A stretch of 64,000 nucleotides of DNA from Halegenticoccus tardaugens (GTDB lineage Archaea > Halobacteriota > Halobacteria > Halobacteriales > Haloferacaceae). This document shows, in pieces, positions 1-8,980 of the stretch (position 1 is the stretch's first letter; every line of letters starts with the position of its first letter). Both the position numbers and the translations under genes were made by a program. The stretch covers positions 166,079-230,078 of the forward strand of contig NZ_SDIC01000004.1 in assembly GCF_004116405.1 (NCBI RefSeq), given 5' to 3'. A model generated the notes under the pieces. It searched no databases. It worked only from the letters and a program-made list of their open reading frames with translations, and had not been told where the DNA came from.

Positions 1-39
1 TTAACCACGCAAACCGAGTACAAACCGGAGGTCTGCACG

Positions 40-453
40 TTGGAAATCTCAGATAAACTCCTGTGTTTGTTCAGTGCGGAGGTGCGAGCGGAAGACGACA
101 GGTACGTCGTCGAGGTCCCACGCCGCGAGGTCGAGACGGGTTCGATCGACGCCGGCGACGTCTACCGCGTTGCGCTCATCTCTCGGAGAAACGCGACCGC
201 GAAGGAGCGGGAGGGTGCGAACGCGAGCGGCAGCGGTAGTCCGTCGAGCGAGCCGCAGCCGCCGGTCGAGATCGGCGAACTGCGCTACGTCGAGATCGAG
301 GACATCGGCAAGCAGGGCGACGGCATCGCCCGCGTCGAACGCGGGTACGTCATCATCGTCCCCGGCGCGGAGATCGGCGAGCGCGTGAAAGTCGAGATCA
401 GCGAAGTGAAGTCGAACTTCGCGGTCGGCGAGATCATCGAAGACGACTTCTGA
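40..453 (+). CDS. TRAM domain-containing protein
   Basis: 137 aa. The C-terminal segment GDGIARVERGYVIIVPGAEIGERVKVEI matches the TRAM/OB-fold motif. The N-terminus is acidic. Confidence 0.65.
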   Translation: MEISDKLLCLFSAEVRAEDDRYVVEVPRREVETGSIDAGDVYRVALISRRNATAKEREGANASGSGSPSSEPQPPVEIGELRYVEIEDIGKQGDGIARVERGYVIIVPGAEIGERVKVEISEVKSNFAVGEIIEDDF

Positions 454-465
454 ACGCCGCTTTTT

Positions 466-1173
466 TCAGCGGGTCCGCGCGTCCCAGTAGGAGACGGACG
501 CGAGCTTCCGCCCGAGCGCGCTGTCGCGAAGCGACGCGTCGAGCTCCCTGAACTGCCCGGCGACGCCGTTCGGGATCTCGCGGTAGAAGCCGTACGGCAG
601 GACGAAGTCGTGCGCTTCGTTCGCGAGGACGAGCCCGGCGTCGCCGAGCAGCCGCTCGACCTCGTCGCGGGAGTACAGCCGAGATCCCATCGGCAGGAGC
701 CAGTTGTAGATGCTGCGCGTGCTGAATCGGTTGAACGTGTCGAAGAACACCTGGTTGCGCGAGACGCGCGCCATCTCGGCCAGGAACTTCGCCGGCGTGT
801 CCGCGAGGTGGAAGAACCGGATCGCGAACACCGCGTCGAAGTGGTCGTCGGGAAACGGTAGCCGGGCGGCGTCGCCGCGCATGAACTCGATGCGTTCCCC
901 GACGCCGAACTCGCGGGCCTTCCGCCGACCCTGCGCCATCATGGCCGACGAGATGTCGAGTCCGACGATGTCCGCGCCGCGCTCTGCGAGCATGACGGTG
1001 AAGCGCCCGGTTCCGCAGGCGATTTCGAGGACTCGCTTGTCTTCGAGCGCGCCCAGTGCGTCGAGTACCGCCCGTTTCTCTCGACGGTCGATGAGCCGAC
1101 CGCCGTTCGAGAAGCGCTTCGTCTCGTACTCCTCGGCGATGTCGTCGGCCTGGTACCACTCCTTCCCTTTCAC
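466..1173 (-). CDS. class I SAM-dependent methyltransferase
   Basis: Motif LEIACGTGRFTVMLAERGADIVGLDIS (Rossmann motif I). The likely start is GTG at 1173 (VKGKEWYQADD). The ORF upstream of that is Arg/Pro-rich junk. Confidence 0.6.
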   Translation of the reverse strand: MKGKEWYQADDIAEEYETKRFSNGGRLIDRREKRAVLDALGALEDKRVLEIACGTGRFTVMLAERGADIVGLDISSAMMAQGRRKAREFGVGERIEFMRGDAARLPFPDDHFDAVFAIRFFHLADTPAKFLAEMARVSRNQVFFDTFNRFSTRSIYNWLLPMGSRLYSRDEVERLLGDAGLVLANEAHDFVLPYGFYREIPNGVAGQFRELDASLRDSALGRKLASVSYWDARTR

Positions 1174-1275
1174 GTTACCGCAACGTGTTCGCCCGGGGAC
1201 TAAAGTCGTGTTGGATGGGATCGCCGATCCGGCGGACGAGCCGGCGCTTATCCGACTGGGGGGCGTACCGGCGGG

Positions 1276-1438
1276 CATGCCGACGTGCAAACGCTGCGGG
1301 GCGGAACACGACGCGGCGGAACTGATCCGACACGAGCGCCCCGGGGTGATTCTCGTCCACTGCCCCGACTGCAACTGCCTGCTCGGGCGGTATCGCCGGC
1401 ACGGGGACGATCCGCGGACGGACACGCGGCGGCACTGA
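1276..1438 (+). CDS. small zinc-ribbon protein (CxxC...CxxC)
   Basis: MPTCKRCGAEHD...VHCPDCNCLLG has two CxxC pairs. An alternative GTG start lies near 1208. It overlaps the antisense 5' region of the methyltransferase ORF. Confidence 0.3.
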
Positions 1439-1478
1439 GCCGTCGGCGAACCGCTCCGCCCGCCCGTCGGGATCTCGA

Positions 1479-1874
1479 TCACTCCCCGCCGACGACGATC
1501 TCGTCCGTCGGGATTCGCACGATGACGCGCGCGCCGGACTCCTGATCGAGGTTCGGATACTCGTCCACGCCCATGTACCGCTTCGCGAGTCGGTGTATGT
1601 GCTCGACCGCGCCGTCCTCCGAGAGCGTCGCCTCGCCGCGGACGGAGACGAACCGGTACGGATCGTCGGGGTCGACGACGGACACCCCGACCTTCGGCTC
1701 CCGTCGGATGTTCTTCTCCTTTCGCCGCCCGCGCGCGGTGTTCACGAGCACGTACTCGCCGTCCTCGTGGTCGACCCAGACGGGCGTGACGTGGGGCGTC
1801 CCGTCCGGCATCACGGTCGCGACGTGCGCGAAGGCTTGCTTTTCGAAGATCTCCCGGTGTGACGCGGGTATCAT
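1479..1874 (-). CDS. pyridoxamine 5'-phosphate oxidase family protein (FMN/F420-binding split barrel)
   Basis: 131 aa. The segment FAHVATVMPDGTPHVTPVWVDHEDGEYVLVNTARGRRKEKNIRREPKVGVSV is typical of the PNPOx-like family. Confidence 0.7.
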   Translation of the reverse strand: MIPASHREIFEKQAFAHVATVMPDGTPHVTPVWVDHEDGEYVLVNTARGRRKEKNIRREPKVGVSVVDPDDPYRFVSVRGEATLSEDGAVEHIHRLAKRYMGVDEYPNLDQESGARVIVRIPTDEIVVGGE

Positions 1875-2013
1875 GGGTAATCTATCGGGGTCAATCGGTA
1901 AAAACGCACCAGGGGATCGTCACCCAGATAGATATAAGGACCTTAAGTAATCTCCATCCTTTTGTTGCATATGTAGCGAAGCTTTACCACGCAGGGTTTT
2001 CACACTACGGAGT

Positions 2014-2289
2014 ATGAGCACCAGTACCACCGCAGAGCCCGCCAGAGAAGACCGTCTGTCGGAGCAGGAGTTTCGCGACCGCCTGCGCGAACTCCCCCCG
2101 AGCGCGAAACTCGTCGCCAAGGTCCTCGAGAGCGAAGCCCCGCTCTCGCAGGGACAACTCGCCGACGAGTCGCTCCTTCCTGACCGGACCGTCCGCTACG
2201 CCCTGAACCGACTGGAGGATTCCGAACTCGTGGGCTCGCGGTACAGCTTCAAGGACGCCCGCAAGCAGGTCTACTTCCTCAACGCGTAG
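2014..2289 (+). CDS. winged helix-turn-helix transcriptional regulator (MarR/ArsR-like)
   Basis: 91 aa. The segment LVAKVLESEAPLSQGQLADESLLPDRTVRYALNRLEDSELV is a wHTH. An AT-rich TATA-like promoter (gatagatataagg) lies upstream. Confidence 0.55.
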   Translation: MSTSTTAEPAREDRLSEQEFRDRLRELPPSAKLVAKVLESEAPLSQGQLADESLLPDRTVRYALNRLEDSELVGSRYSFKDARKQVYFLNA

Positions 2290-2386
2290 TTCGCGTCCGC
2301 CGTAGCGTTCTCGCCTCGGACCGCCGCCCGCCCCCGTCCGCGACGGAGAGGCGTCAGTTTAAGTGTTCGGTCGTCTACGTGCCTGT

Positions 2387-3295
2387 ATGAATCTCTCGGT
2401 AGTCGTCCCGACCCTGAACGGCCGGGACCGGCTCGCGGCCAGCCTCGATTCGCTGGCGGCGCACGCGCCGGACGCCGAGGTCGTCGTCGTCAACGGGCCC
2501 TCCGCGGACGGCACCACGGGGATGGTTCGCGAGCGCGACGACGTCGACGTGCTCGTGGAGATCTCCGCCCGGACGCTGAACGTCGCCCGGAACGCCGGCG
2601 TCGAGGTCGCGTCGGGGGACGTGGTCGGATTTCTCGGGCAGGACTTCGTCATCGAAGAGCCGTGGCGCGACGCCGTGGCCGAGGGGATCGCGGACGCGGA
2701 CGCGGTTACGGGGCCGACGCACCAGGCGCTCCGGGTCGGCGTGACGACGGACGACCCGGAGCGCCGGGAGATCGCGAACCGGCGCGTCACGTACTTCAAC
2801 GGCGGCAACGTCGCGTTCAGGGCGGAGACGCTCGACGCGATCGACGGCTTCGACGAGTACCTCGAAACCGGCGGCGCGCGCGACGCCGCCCACCGACTGG
2901 CGGGGCGGGACGCGACGGTCGAGTGGCAGCGAGAGATGTGCGTCCGCCGCGAGCACGAGACCGAAGCCGACGGCGGCGTTCCGGCGCACAGGTGGAACTG
3001 GAAGTACCGGGCGCTGACGTACCGCCTCGTGAAGAACTACGGACTGCGCCCCACGGTCGTCCGGCGGACGCTCTCGCACGCGGCGGGCGACGCGGCGTCG
3101 ACGGCGCGGGACGTGGTTCGCGGCAACGCGACCCCGACGACGTGGGCCGGAAACGGCCGGGACGTCGTCTGCGGGATCGTCACCGGAACCTCCGACGGGC
3201 TCGTCGCTCGGGCGCGGGACCGCTCGTCGACGCGAAATCCGCACGGCCTCTCGAAGCGCGCCGACCGGGCCGTAGCGCGGTACGACTGGCGCTAG
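2387..3295 (+). CDS. glycosyltransferase family 2 protein
   Basis: LSVVVPTLNGRD...VVVVNGPSADGT is the GT-A N-terminal signature. The start was chosen at MNLSVVVP. Confidence 0.7.
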   Translation: MNLSVVVPTLNGRDRLAASLDSLAAHAPDAEVVVVNGPSADGTTGMVRERDDVDVLVEISARTLNVARNAGVEVASGDVVGFLGQDFVIEEPWRDAVAEGIADADAVTGPTHQALRVGVTTDDPERREIANRRVTYFNGGNVAFRAETLDAIDGFDEYLETGGARDAAHRLAGRDATVEWQREMCVRREHETEADGGVPAHRWNWKYRALTYRLVKNYGLRPTVVRRTLSHAAGDAASTARDVVRGNATPTTWAGNGRDVVCGIVTGTSDGLVARARDRSSTRNPHGLSKRADRAVARYDWR

Positions 3296-3347
3296 GCGAT
3301 CCGTCCGAGGCGCGGTCCGACGGCCGAACGGTCGCCGCGGACTACGC

Positions 3348-4178
3348 CTACGCCTCGACGCCCGGCGCGAGCGCGGGCACCACGCGCGAGGGGTTTTTCG
3401 AGAACGCGCGGCGCATCGCGTCCTCCGGCACGTCGAGCGTCAGCACCTGCATGACGCCGACGTTCGGGTGCGACTCGGGGACGCCGCTGCCGAACAGGAT
3501 CCGATCGGGGTGTTCGAGCAGGCCGCGCTCCATCGGGGTGCGAGAACCGACGAAACTCGTATCGAGGTGGAGTCGGTCGTGCGTCTCGAGCATGTCGAGC
3601 GCGCGGGTCGCGAGCGTCCGGCTCGGCGGAAATCCGTCGAGGCTGGTGAGCACGACCGGGAAGGACCGCCCGAGTAACGGTCCGGCGACGGCCTCGGGGG
3701 GGAAGCGTTCGCCCGCGCGAACGAACACAGGCAGCGCGACGTCGTCGAGTTCGTCGAGCACCGCCGCGTCGGGGAGCCCGTCGACGGCCGGATCGAGCAC
3801 GAACCCGTGAAAGCGATCGTCGTAGGCGAACCGCTCCACGTCCTCCGGGTCCGCGTGGTGCGCCTCGCGGCCGGCCGCGAGGTTCCGCAGTCGGGCGACC
3901 GGCCGGCCGGTCGGGTCGCGCGGGCCGTCGATCCGCGCGACCGCGAGGAACGGTCGATCGACGCTCAGCCGAGCGACCGCGTTGTTCGCCCGGAGGTACC
4001 CTTCGCCGGGCGGTCGCGGCCCCGGCGAGACGACCGCCTTCACCACGCCCGCCTGGTGCATCTCCCGCTCCAGCCGCTCGGGCGAGATCTCCCGTCCGCG
4101 GGCCGCCGCCTCGGTCGCGTCCGGATCGAGGCGAGCGCGCACGTCGACCACCCGAAACCCGTGCTCCAGCTCCAACAT
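3348..4178 (-). CDS. amidohydrolase family protein (metal-dependent TIM-barrel hydrolase)
   Basis: The start was taken at the internal Met (MLELEHGFRVVDVRARLD). The C-terminal HPDRILFGSGVP resembles amidohydrolase_2. Confidence 0.6.
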   Translation of the reverse strand: MLELEHGFRVVDVRARLDPDATEAAARGREISPERLEREMHQAGVVKAVVSPGPRPPGEGYLRANNAVARLSVDRPFLAVARIDGPRDPTGRPVARLRNLAAGREAHHADPEDVERFAYDDRFHGFVLDPAVDGLPDAAVLDELDDVALPVFVRAGERFPPEAVAGPLLGRSFPVVLTSLDGFPPSRTLATRALDMLETHDRLHLDTSFVGSRTPMERGLLEHPDRILFGSGVPESHPNVGVMQVLTLDVPEDAMRRAFSKNPSRVVPALAPGVEA

Positions 4179-4434
4179 CGTGCGAGAACTCTCGGTCTGA
4201 ATATGTAAGTTTTGAGGCGTACCTCCGCCGATCGTCCGATCCGGAGTCTCGCCGGCGGCACCCGCCGCGATCCGTCGTTTCCCGGGACGACGCGCCCGTC
4301 CGATCGACGCCCGCACACGCGCGCCGAGTGAGTCACGCTCACGCTCGGTCGCTCCCGTCGGGGGGTTTCCCCGAAAAAGAACAGAAATCTATATATAGAA
4401 CCGCAATCCATGAATCCGGTGAGGTTTACTCATC

Positions 4435-6006
4435 ATGGCAACACAGATGCAGCAACCACTGTTCATCCTCTCGGAGGGTAGCCAGCGAACGCGCGGACAG
4501 GCGGCGCAGGACTCGAACATCCGAGCCGGCAAAGCCGTCGCGAACGCGGTACGGACGACCCTCGGGCCCCGCGGGATGGACAAGATGCTCGTCGACTCCT
4601 CCGGCGACGTCGTCATCACGAACGACGGGGCGACGATCCTCAACGAGATGGACATCGAGCACCCCGCCGCCCAGATGATCGTCGAGGTGGCGGAGACGCA
4701 GGAGGACGAGGTCGGCGACGGCACGACGACGGCCGCGGTCCTGACGGGCGAACTCCTCGCGCAGGCGGAGGAGCTCCTCGAATCCGACCTGCACCCGACG
4801 GTCATCGTCGAGGGGTACCACGAGGCCGCCCGCCTCGCGCAGGAGGCCATCGACGCACAGGTGCTCGACATCGACCTCGACGACGACATCCTCGAGCAGG
4901 TCGCTGATTCGAGCATGACCGGGAAAGGAACCGGCGACGTGGCCGCCGGCACCCTGGCCAAGCAGGTCGTCACCGCCGTCCGGCAGGTCGCGGACGACGA
5001 CGGCGCGATCGACCGCGACGACATCCACGTCCAGACGCAGACCGGCGCGAGTTCGAGCGCCACGGAACTCGTCGAGGGCGTCATCATCGACAAGGAGCCG
5101 GCGAACGACAACATGCCGCGGTCGGTCGAGGACGCGACGGTCGCGATCCTCGACATGAAGCTCGAAGTCCGCAAGGGCGAGGTCGACACGGAGTACAACA
5201 TCACGAGCGTCGACCAGCTCAACGCGGCCATCGAGGCTGAGGAGGGCGAGCTCCGCGGCTACGCGAAGACGCTCTCGGACGCGGGCGTCGACGCCGTCTT
5301 CTGCTCGAAGAAGATCGACGACCGTGTGGCGGGCTACCTCGCGGACGCTGGGATCCTCGCGTACAAGAACGTGAAGAAATCGGACGCCAAGGCCATCGCC
5401 CGCGCGACCGGCGCGAAGCGGCTCGGCTCGCTGTCGGATCTCGACGAGAGCGACTTCGGCCACGTCGAGGGCGTCCGCGTCGAGAAGTACGGCGACGACG
5501 AACTCACCTTCGTCGAGGGCGGCTCGGCGGCGAAGGCCGTGACGCTGTTCCTCCGCGGCGGCACCGAACACGTCGTCGACGAGCTGGAGCGCGCGATGAA
5601 CGACGCGGTCGACGTGGTCATCGCCGCGATCGACAAGGGCGGCGTCGTCCCCGGCGCGGGCGCGACCGAGATCGCCATCGCCGACCACGTCCGCAGCGCG
5701 GCCGCGGGCATCGAGGGCCGCAAGCAGCTGGCGGTCGAGGCGTTCGCCGACGCGGTCGACAGCCTCCCGCGCACCCTCGCGGAGAACACCGGCATGGACT
5801 CGATCGACGCGCTCGTCGACCTGCGCGCCCTGTACGAGAAGGACGGCCGCGCGGGCATCATCTCGACCGGCCGCGCCGGCGAGATCGGCGACCCCGTCGA
5901 ACACGGCATCATCGACCCCGCGGCGGTCAAGCGCGAGGCCGTCGAGTCCGCCACCGAGGCCGCGACGATGATCGTCCGCATCGACGACGTCATCGCCGCC
6001 GAGTAA
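4435..6006 (+). CDS. thermosome subunit (group II chaperonin, short CCT3-like paralogue)
   Basis: 523 aa. Motifs GPRGMDKML and [17 protein letters not shown]. It is typical of the short third thermosome paralogue of haloarchaea. Confidence 0.95.
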   Translation: MATQMQQPLFILSEGSQRTRGQAAQDSNIRAGKAVANAVRTTLGPRGMDKMLVDSSGDVVITNDGATILNEMDIEHPAAQMIVEVAETQEDEVGDGTTTAAVLTGELLAQAEELLESDLHPTVIVEGYHEAARLAQEAIDAQVLDIDLDDDILEQVADSSMTGKGTGDVAAGTLAKQVVTAVRQVADDDGAIDRDDIHVQTQTGASSSATELVEGVIIDKEPANDNMPRSVEDATVAILDMKLEVRKGEVDTEYNITSVDQLNAAIEAEEGELRGYAKTLSDAGVDAVFCSKKIDDRVAGYLADAGILAYKNVKKSDAKAIARATGAKRLGSLSDLDESDFGHVEGVRVEKYGDDELTFVEGGSAAKAVTLFLRGGTEHVVDELERAMNDAVDVVIAAIDKGGVVPGAGATEIAIADHVRSAAAGIEGRKQLAVEAFADAVDSLPRTLAENTGMDSIDALVDLRALYEKDGRAGIISTGRAGEIGDPVEHGIIDPAAVKREAVESATEAATMIVRIDDVIAAE

Positions 6007-6401
6007 ACCACCGGCTGAGCGAATCGATATTTTTCGGTTCTGTTTGAGTCCTCAGAAATGGGCGGAGATCGCACAGCACACTCCTGGAAGCCAGTGCAGC
6101 CGGAATCGGCACGTTCGGGCTGATAGGCCGTTAGGCCGTCCAGGGCACGGACGCCTCGGAGGACACGACTGCTCCGGAACTGACCCTCGAAACGTTGGAA
6201 GCAGACACAGAGTCTGGAACCCTCCGGGCGGAACGTGCAGAGAACTCGTACGTGGGGCCGATAGACGACGGTCAAGTAATTGGTATCGCCTTTCTCGACG
6301 GCGCTGGCGCCAGCGAAACCCAGGATCACGACGACGAGATCGTCGTTCACCTGTACGACCGCGAGGGCCGGTCGAAGGAACCTCTCAAGTGGAATCCCGG
6401 G

Positions 6402-6459
6402 GTATTACGAAAGCTTAAGTATTACTAGAATTTACGTATTACGAAGATTCAAGTAGTAC
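6402..6459. repeat. four phased 17-bp direct repeats, each starting with the palindromic half-site GTA(T/G)TAC
   Basis: GTATTAC is found at 6402, 6419 and 6436, and GTAGTAC at 6453. The period is exactly 17 bp, and the array ends 20 bp upstream of the vapB ATG. Confidence 0.6.
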
Positions 6460-6478
6460 GGTCGACTATCCGTCACGT

Positions 6479-6775
6479 ATGAACGACGCCGAAGACGGAA
6501 CCACCGTCGCCGTCACGAGCAAGGGACAGGCGACGATTCCCAAGAAGTTCCGCGACAGGCTCCGCATCGACACGCCCGGACGAATCCAGTTTATCGAAAA
6601 CGAGCGGGGAGAGGTCGTGATCCGTCCAGTCAAGCGTCCGTCCGAGATTCGAGGCGCGCTCGCTTCGGGGGTCGACGAGGGGGAGAAGTCGGCCACGGAA
6701 CTGCTCCGCGAGGAACGAAAGCGGGACGAAAAGAAAGCCGAAGAGAAGTTCGGTCGGTCAGGTCCGGATGAATGA
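6479..6775 (+). CDS. vapB: AbrB/MazE/SpoVT-family antitoxin (VapB-like)
   Basis: VAVTSKGQATIPKKFRDRLRIDTPGRIQFIENERGEVVIRPV is a swapped-hairpin AbrB fold. It overlaps the downstream PIN gene by 4 nt. Confidence 0.7.
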   Translation: MNDAEDGTTVAVTSKGQATIPKKFRDRLRIDTPGRIQFIENERGEVVIRPVKRPSEIRGALASGVDEGEKSATELLREERKRDEKKAEEKFGRSGPDE

Positions 6776-7221
6776 CTGTCGTCTTCGATGCCGAACCGCT
6801 CCTCGCCTTCTCGTTCGACGAACCCGGAGCCGTCGATGTCGAACACTGGCTCGACCGGGTGTACGACGGTGAACTGGACGGGTACGTCACGACCATAAAC
6901 CTCGCTGAATTTCGGTATATCGCGACCCGCGAAACGTCGGCGGAGAAAGCCGACGCCCACATCGACGACCTCCGAGAGATGGGCGTGGCTGAATACGAGA
7001 TCGACGACCTGTGGGAACTCGCGTCGGGTTTGAAAGCTTCGTACAGCCCGTCGCTCGGGGACGCGTACGCCGTCGCCGCCGCGAAAGAACTGGACGGCGA
7101 GCGGAACGTAACCCTTCTCGTGGGAGCGGACGACGACTACGACGCGTTCGAGGAAACGACGGAATTCGGACACCTGATCGAACGCTTCCGGGACGATCCG
7201 GCCAAACGCCGACCCGAGTGA
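6772..7221 (+). CDS. vapC: PIN-domain ribonuclease toxin (VapC-like)
   Basis: VFDAEPLLAF (Asp1), SLGDAYAVAAA and an acidic C-terminus. It is translationally coupled (ATGA) to the upstream antitoxin. Confidence 0.7.
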   Translation: MTVVFDAEPLLAFSFDEPGAVDVEHWLDRVYDGELDGYVTTINLAEFRYIATRETSAEKADAHIDDLREMGVAEYEIDDLWELASGLKASYSPSLGDAYAVAAAKELDGERNVTLLVGADDDYDAFEETTEFGHLIERFRDDPAKRRPE

Positions 7222-7421
7222 GGCGAAGCCGACTGTGATGCGGTCCGATTCCGAATACGGATACCGCACCGTCAGCTACTGGTAGAGCGAGAGATGCTCT
7301 CACGCGAGGATGACCAGGCGAGGGCAGAGGAAGTTCGGACGGGTCGCCTCGTGCTCGTATCGCTCCGGATCCGCCCGACGGTACGCCTCGGTCGGCGTCA
7401 GTTCGAGAGCGCGACTGGGCG

Positions 7422-8282
7422 TCAGCGCCCGAGCTCGATGTCGACCGCGTCGCCCGGCGCGAGGCCGAACGCCTCGTCGCCCCGACCGCGGTTCACGTCG
7501 CACTCGACGGAGCCGTGGCTGCCGACCGTGACCAGCCGCTCGCCGGCGTCGACGGACGCGAACGACTCCCCGACGGGGACGCGCTCGCCGTTCACGACCA
7601 CGGCGTCGCGCCCCCGGACGACCTCGCCGGGGACGTTCGTGATCGCGTTGCCGAAGTCGTCGACGACGAGCACCTCGCCGTCGACGGCGAGCGCCCGGCC
7701 CGTCGCGTCGTCCTCGCGGACGGTCGGCTCCGGGAACGCGAGGTCGACGAACTCGGCGGCGGGCGTCGCGGCCGAAAGCGTCTCCAGCGCGCCGACGCCG
7801 GCCTCGTGGACCTCGGCGGCGGCGGGGGCGAACACGTCCCGGCCGTGGAACGTCGCCGAGTCCGGGTTGTCGTACGCGTACGCGAACACCTCGACCGCGT
7901 CGTCGGGGTCGTCCCCACCGTCGGCGTCGTCGCCGGTTTCGTCCGCCGACGGGGAGGGGGACGCCGGCGACTCGGCCGCGATGCGGCGCGCGGCGGGGAG
8001 CAGCAGGCCGTTGTCGGGGCCGACGAGCGCGTGTTCGCCCGCGCGGACGACGAGCGCGGCGCGGTCGGTTCCGACGCCGGGGTCGACCACGGCGAGGTGG
8101 ACCGCCGGCGGGAACCACGGGAGGACCTCGCGGAGCCAGAAGGCGGCCGCGCGCACGTCCTGCCGCGGGAAGTCGTGGGCGACGTCGACGAGGCGGGCGT
8201 CGGTCCGCCGGAGGAGCACCCCTCGCATCGCCGCGGGGTAGGGCGACCCGAAATCGGAGGCGAGCGTGATCACGGTCGTCAC
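7422..8282 (-). CDS. SAM hydroxide adenosyltransferase family protein (DUF62, fluorinase/chlorinase-like)
   Basis: ITLASDFG...MRGVL...DVAHDF...AAFWL...HLAVVDPGVG matches the conserved N-terminal signature of the family. Confidence 0.75.
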   Translation of the reverse strand: MTTVITLASDFGSPYPAAMRGVLLRRTDARLVDVAHDFPRQDVRAAAFWLREVLPWFPPAVHLAVVDPGVGTDRAALVVRAGEHALVGPDNGLLLPAARRIAAESPASPSPSADETGDDADGGDDPDDAVEVFAYAYDNPDSATFHGRDVFAPAAAEVHEAGVGALETLSAATPAAEFVDLAFPEPTVREDDATGRALAVDGEVLVVDDFGNAITNVPGEVVRGRDAVVVNGERVPVGESFASVDAGERLVTVGSHGSVECDVNRGRGDEAFGLAPGDAVDIELGR

Positions 8283-8812
8283 TCCGGATCGACGCCGTCG
8301 TCGCCGTTGGCGTCGGAGTCGGCGACCCGCTGGATGCGCTCGACGCCGCCGATCTCCGCGACGACCTCCACGACCGCCTCGGGGACGAGGCTCTGCCAGT
8401 CCTCGTCCTCGATCATCCGCTGGCGAAGCTCGGTCCCCTCCAGCACCTCCCGTCGGAACATCGGCGACTGGCGCACCTCGACGTCCGCCTCCGCGAACAG
8501 CTGGACGACGAGCGGGTTGTTCGAGTACGCCACGTCGAACGTCGGGCTCATGCTCTGGACGTGGCTCACCCAGACGGAGTTGCGTTCGAGGTCCTCGATG
8601 GGGACGACGTAGGTCGTGAGGTCGAACTCCGAGAGCGACTTCGTGAGCATCATGATGCGCTCGCCGGCGGTGAACGGGTTGCGCGTCGTGTGCGAGTCGC
8701 CCGCGCTCCCGATCCCCAACACGAGTTCGTCGACCTCCGAGGCGATCTCCTCGACCATGTGGTGGTGGCCGTTGTGGTACGGCTGGAACCGACCGATGTA
8801 GAACCCCCGCAT
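8279..8812 (-). CDS. nadM: nicotinamide-nucleotide adenylyltransferase (archaeal type)
   Basis: MRGFYIGRFQPYHNGHHHMV carries the (H/T)xGH motif. The start was set at the Met preceding GRFQP. The 3' end overlaps the DUF62 gene by 4 nt. Confidence 0.85.
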   Translation of the reverse strand: MRGFYIGRFQPYHNGHHHMVEEIASEVDELVLGIGSAGDSHTTRNPFTAGERIMMLTKSLSEFDLTTYVVPIEDLERNSVWVSHVQSMSPTFDVAYSNNPLVVQLFAEADVEVRQSPMFRREVLEGTELRQRMIEDEDWQSLVPEAVVEVVAEIGGVERIQRVADSDANGDDGVDPE

Positions 8813-8980
8813 ACGGGACCTGTTCCGCGCGGTCATTTATAAAAACGACGAGAACACTCTTTCGATGAAATTAGCAGCGAGAGGGGTCGACACGTCAGTA
8901 TGTGCTATTGTGACGGGGACGTCCGATGGGAGAAAGTATATCAGTTGCGCGACCCACCCTTTAGGTAGCGATATAGTTCT

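Noticed and set aside
4426-5904. 492-aa ORF antisense to the thermosome gene
   Set aside because: Classic high-GC antisense artefact (Arg/Asp/Val/Leu repeats).
6195-6428. 77-aa ORF initiated at TTG between thermosome and vapB
   Set aside because: It has no ATG, and a mixed codon bias. Its 3' end is occupied by the GTAnTAC iteron array. Possibly a relic; not called as a gene.
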